Shown here: positions 62,120 through 64,000 of the stretch, piece by piece
Layout: each line of letters starts with the position of its first letter
Position numbering within the stretch: the stretch's first letter is position 1
Source: Blepharisma stoltei ATCC 30299
Lineage: Eukaryota > Protista > Ciliophora
Assembly (NCBI GenBank): GCA_965603825.1
Contig: CBFDEM010000015.1
Coordinates: forward strand, 62,001 to 126,000
Direction: 5' to 3'
DNA length: 64,000 bases
Position numbers and translations under genes: made by a program
The notes under the pieces: generated by a model
Databases searched by the model: none
Told to the model about the DNA's origin: nothing
Seen by the model: only the letters and a program-made list of their open reading frames with translations

Positions 62120-63082
62120 TTAAATCCCATATGCTCTATCTCTATTATGAGGTCTTGTATAATCCACAATTGGTCCTAGAGGAACTATTCCAGTTGGATT
62201 AATATTCCCAAAGCCTCTATAATAACCATTTTTAATATGATCAAAATTCACAGTGTCTCCAAACCCTGGAGTCTGATATAAATCCCTTAAATACTCAGGC
62301 AAGTTCTTGAAATCTTCAATCCTCTTCAAATTGCATTTAAAAATTCCTACATAAGCGACATCAAATCTCACCAATGTCACAAATAGCCTAACATCAGCTA
62401 ATGTCAAGGTGTTTCCTACCAAATATCTCTGATTTTCAAGTCTTTGGTCTATAACTTCTAAAGCATCAAAAAGGTCAGTGAACGCTTCTTCATAAGCTTG
62501 CTGAGTTGTAGCATGGCCTGCTTTATATACTCCGTTATTAATTTTATCATAGACAAATGCGTTAATTTCGTCAATTTCTGCTTTTTTCTCTTCTGGGTTA
62601 AAATTGAGGTCGTTTCCACAGCTGAATCCGCTGTTCATCATTAGTATGATTTCAGAGGATTCATTGGATACGATTGCATTGGTTTCTTTGTCTCAGAGAA
62701 CAGGCACAGTAACTCTTCCTGTGTATTCAGGGTTGGCTTTAAGGTATACTTCATATAAGAATCTGCTGTTACTCAAAGTATCTGGAGTACTTCCTTCATA
62801 TTCCTCAAAGGTTCAGCCATTTTCTGAAGAAATAGGATTTACAACAGAGACTGATATATCATTTTGGAGACCTTTTAAATTCCTAACAATAAGTGTCCGA
62901 CTCGCCCATGGGCAGGCTAGTGATACATAGAGATGATAGCGGCCTGAGTCGCCTCTAAATCCGCTGCTACCATCTTTAGTAACAAATTTCCTAAACTGAG
63001 ATTCTGTTCTAATGAATCGTCCTCCAGTTTTTAAGGTGTCATAGCCTTGTTTAACCCATTTCCCATCAATCAGAAGTCCCAT
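62120..63082 (-). CDS. Glutathionyl-hydroquinone reductase, copy 3 (CPWASR)
   Basis: TGA at 62813 and 62693 where copies 1 and 2 have TGG. Confidence 0.92.
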
Positions 63083-63398
63083 ATTGTTTATATTAGGTGA
63101 ACGATTGATTTAAAATATGGAGAAATTTTTTGTCAAGCAAAATGCATTTATCCCTAATTTGAAATTTTTGTCGTTTTCTTTTAAACTTAATAAAAAGTTT
63201 ATTATCAAAAAATTATTTTTTATGAGAATTAAACACATATAACAATTACAATTTTTTCCCCTTTCATTAATAAAAATGCTAATTAATAAAGGATTTTGGA
63301 TTAAAAAAATAAATGTTTATTGCTTATAATAAATAAAATTAGCTTTCTTCTGCTTAAATATAAATTATTTCTTATCGTGATAATTATTTAAAAATATA

Positions 63399-64000
63399 TT
63401 AAAGCGTGCTTACATAATTCCAATCTATACTAAACGAAGAATGTCTTCTCATTATAGGGACAATAATGCTGAAAATAAAATTAACAAACCTATTCGCATA
63501 GTTTTTAGGGTTCGCCACTGACACATGCTTTACCTTATGTCCAAGTGCTATATGATTAAAAGTGTGCTCCATAGATTTCCAATAGCTATAAACAGTTAAA
63601 AAGTCAATGATACCCATGGTATAGGTGTATTTTAGGTCGATAGATGAGTATTGCTTATATGACTTTCCTTCAGTGTATTTACTAATAGAAAGCAATAAAG
63701 AATAGTCCATCAGTTTATGAAGATATAAAAAATTTACATCAACTAATATTGCTGCTTTCATTCTATCTTTATCATCTTGTGATAAATCTAAACTTTGGCT
63801 CATTTTAATAAAATCCAAATCTTTATATGGCCCGCTTACTCTACCATTTTTATAAGCAGTTCTTCCTACAGTTGAGCCCTTTATGTCGAAAACCCTTGAA
63901 GGGTTGACTTTATAAAGGATATTTTCCATCAGAATTATTTCTAAAGTAGAAACACCTGGTACTCTTAAAGTAAATAAACCTAAAATCCTGCATAACATAG
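63399..64000 (-). CDS. Phosphatidylinositol phosphate kinase (PIP5K family), C-terminal part
   Basis: FDIKGS..GR, YKDLDF, LMDYSLL, GIIDFL, Y..RF..FI. The 5' part lies beyond the window. Confidence 0.9.
   Translation of the reverse strand, partial: MLCRILGLFTLRVPGVSTLEIILMENILYKVNPSRVFDIKGSTVGRTAYKNGRVSGPYKDLDFIKMSQSLDLSQDDKDRMKAAILVDVNFLYLHKLMDYSLLLSISKYTEGKSYKQYSSIDLKYTYTMGIIDFLTVYSYWKSMEHTFNHIALGHKVKHVSVANPKNYANRFVNFIFSIIVPIMRRHSSFSIDWNYVSTL

Overview
AT-rich, gene-dense eukaryotic DNA that reads as the somatic (macronuclear) genome of a heterotrich ciliate, most likely Blepharisma. In-frame TGA encodes Trp: it aligns with TGG in paralogs inside the window and with conserved Trp in PX, cyclin, PP2C, pepsin and zf-C2HC motifs. 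TAA and TAG are stops. The few introns are 15-nt GT..A(10)..AG, and intergenic gaps are tiny. The supplied ORF track therefore fragments most genes. After re-reading there are about 35 protein genes and a tRNA-Val(AAC). Highlights: (1) a tandem IDO pair, one with Glu132. (2) A Trl1-like ligase-kinase-2H phosphodiesterase RNA-repair gene whose ligase Lys and kinase Asp are substituted and which carries a frameshift. (3) A 59-aa PNRC/Edc1-like microprotein missed by the ORF track. (4) A ~17 kb birth-and-death array of Zn-finger/coiled-coil/Kelch-like genes, which contains a perfect GC-rich 25-bp hairpin and a decayed non-LTR reverse transcriptase flanked by ~530-bp direct repeats. (5) A Cys-nucleophile, bacterial-like alpha/beta hydrolase. 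(6) A catalytically dead membrane-anchored pepsin. (7) A duplicated atypical kinase. (8) Three tandem glutathionyl-hydroquinone reductases. All family calls come from motif recognition by eye; no searches were run.
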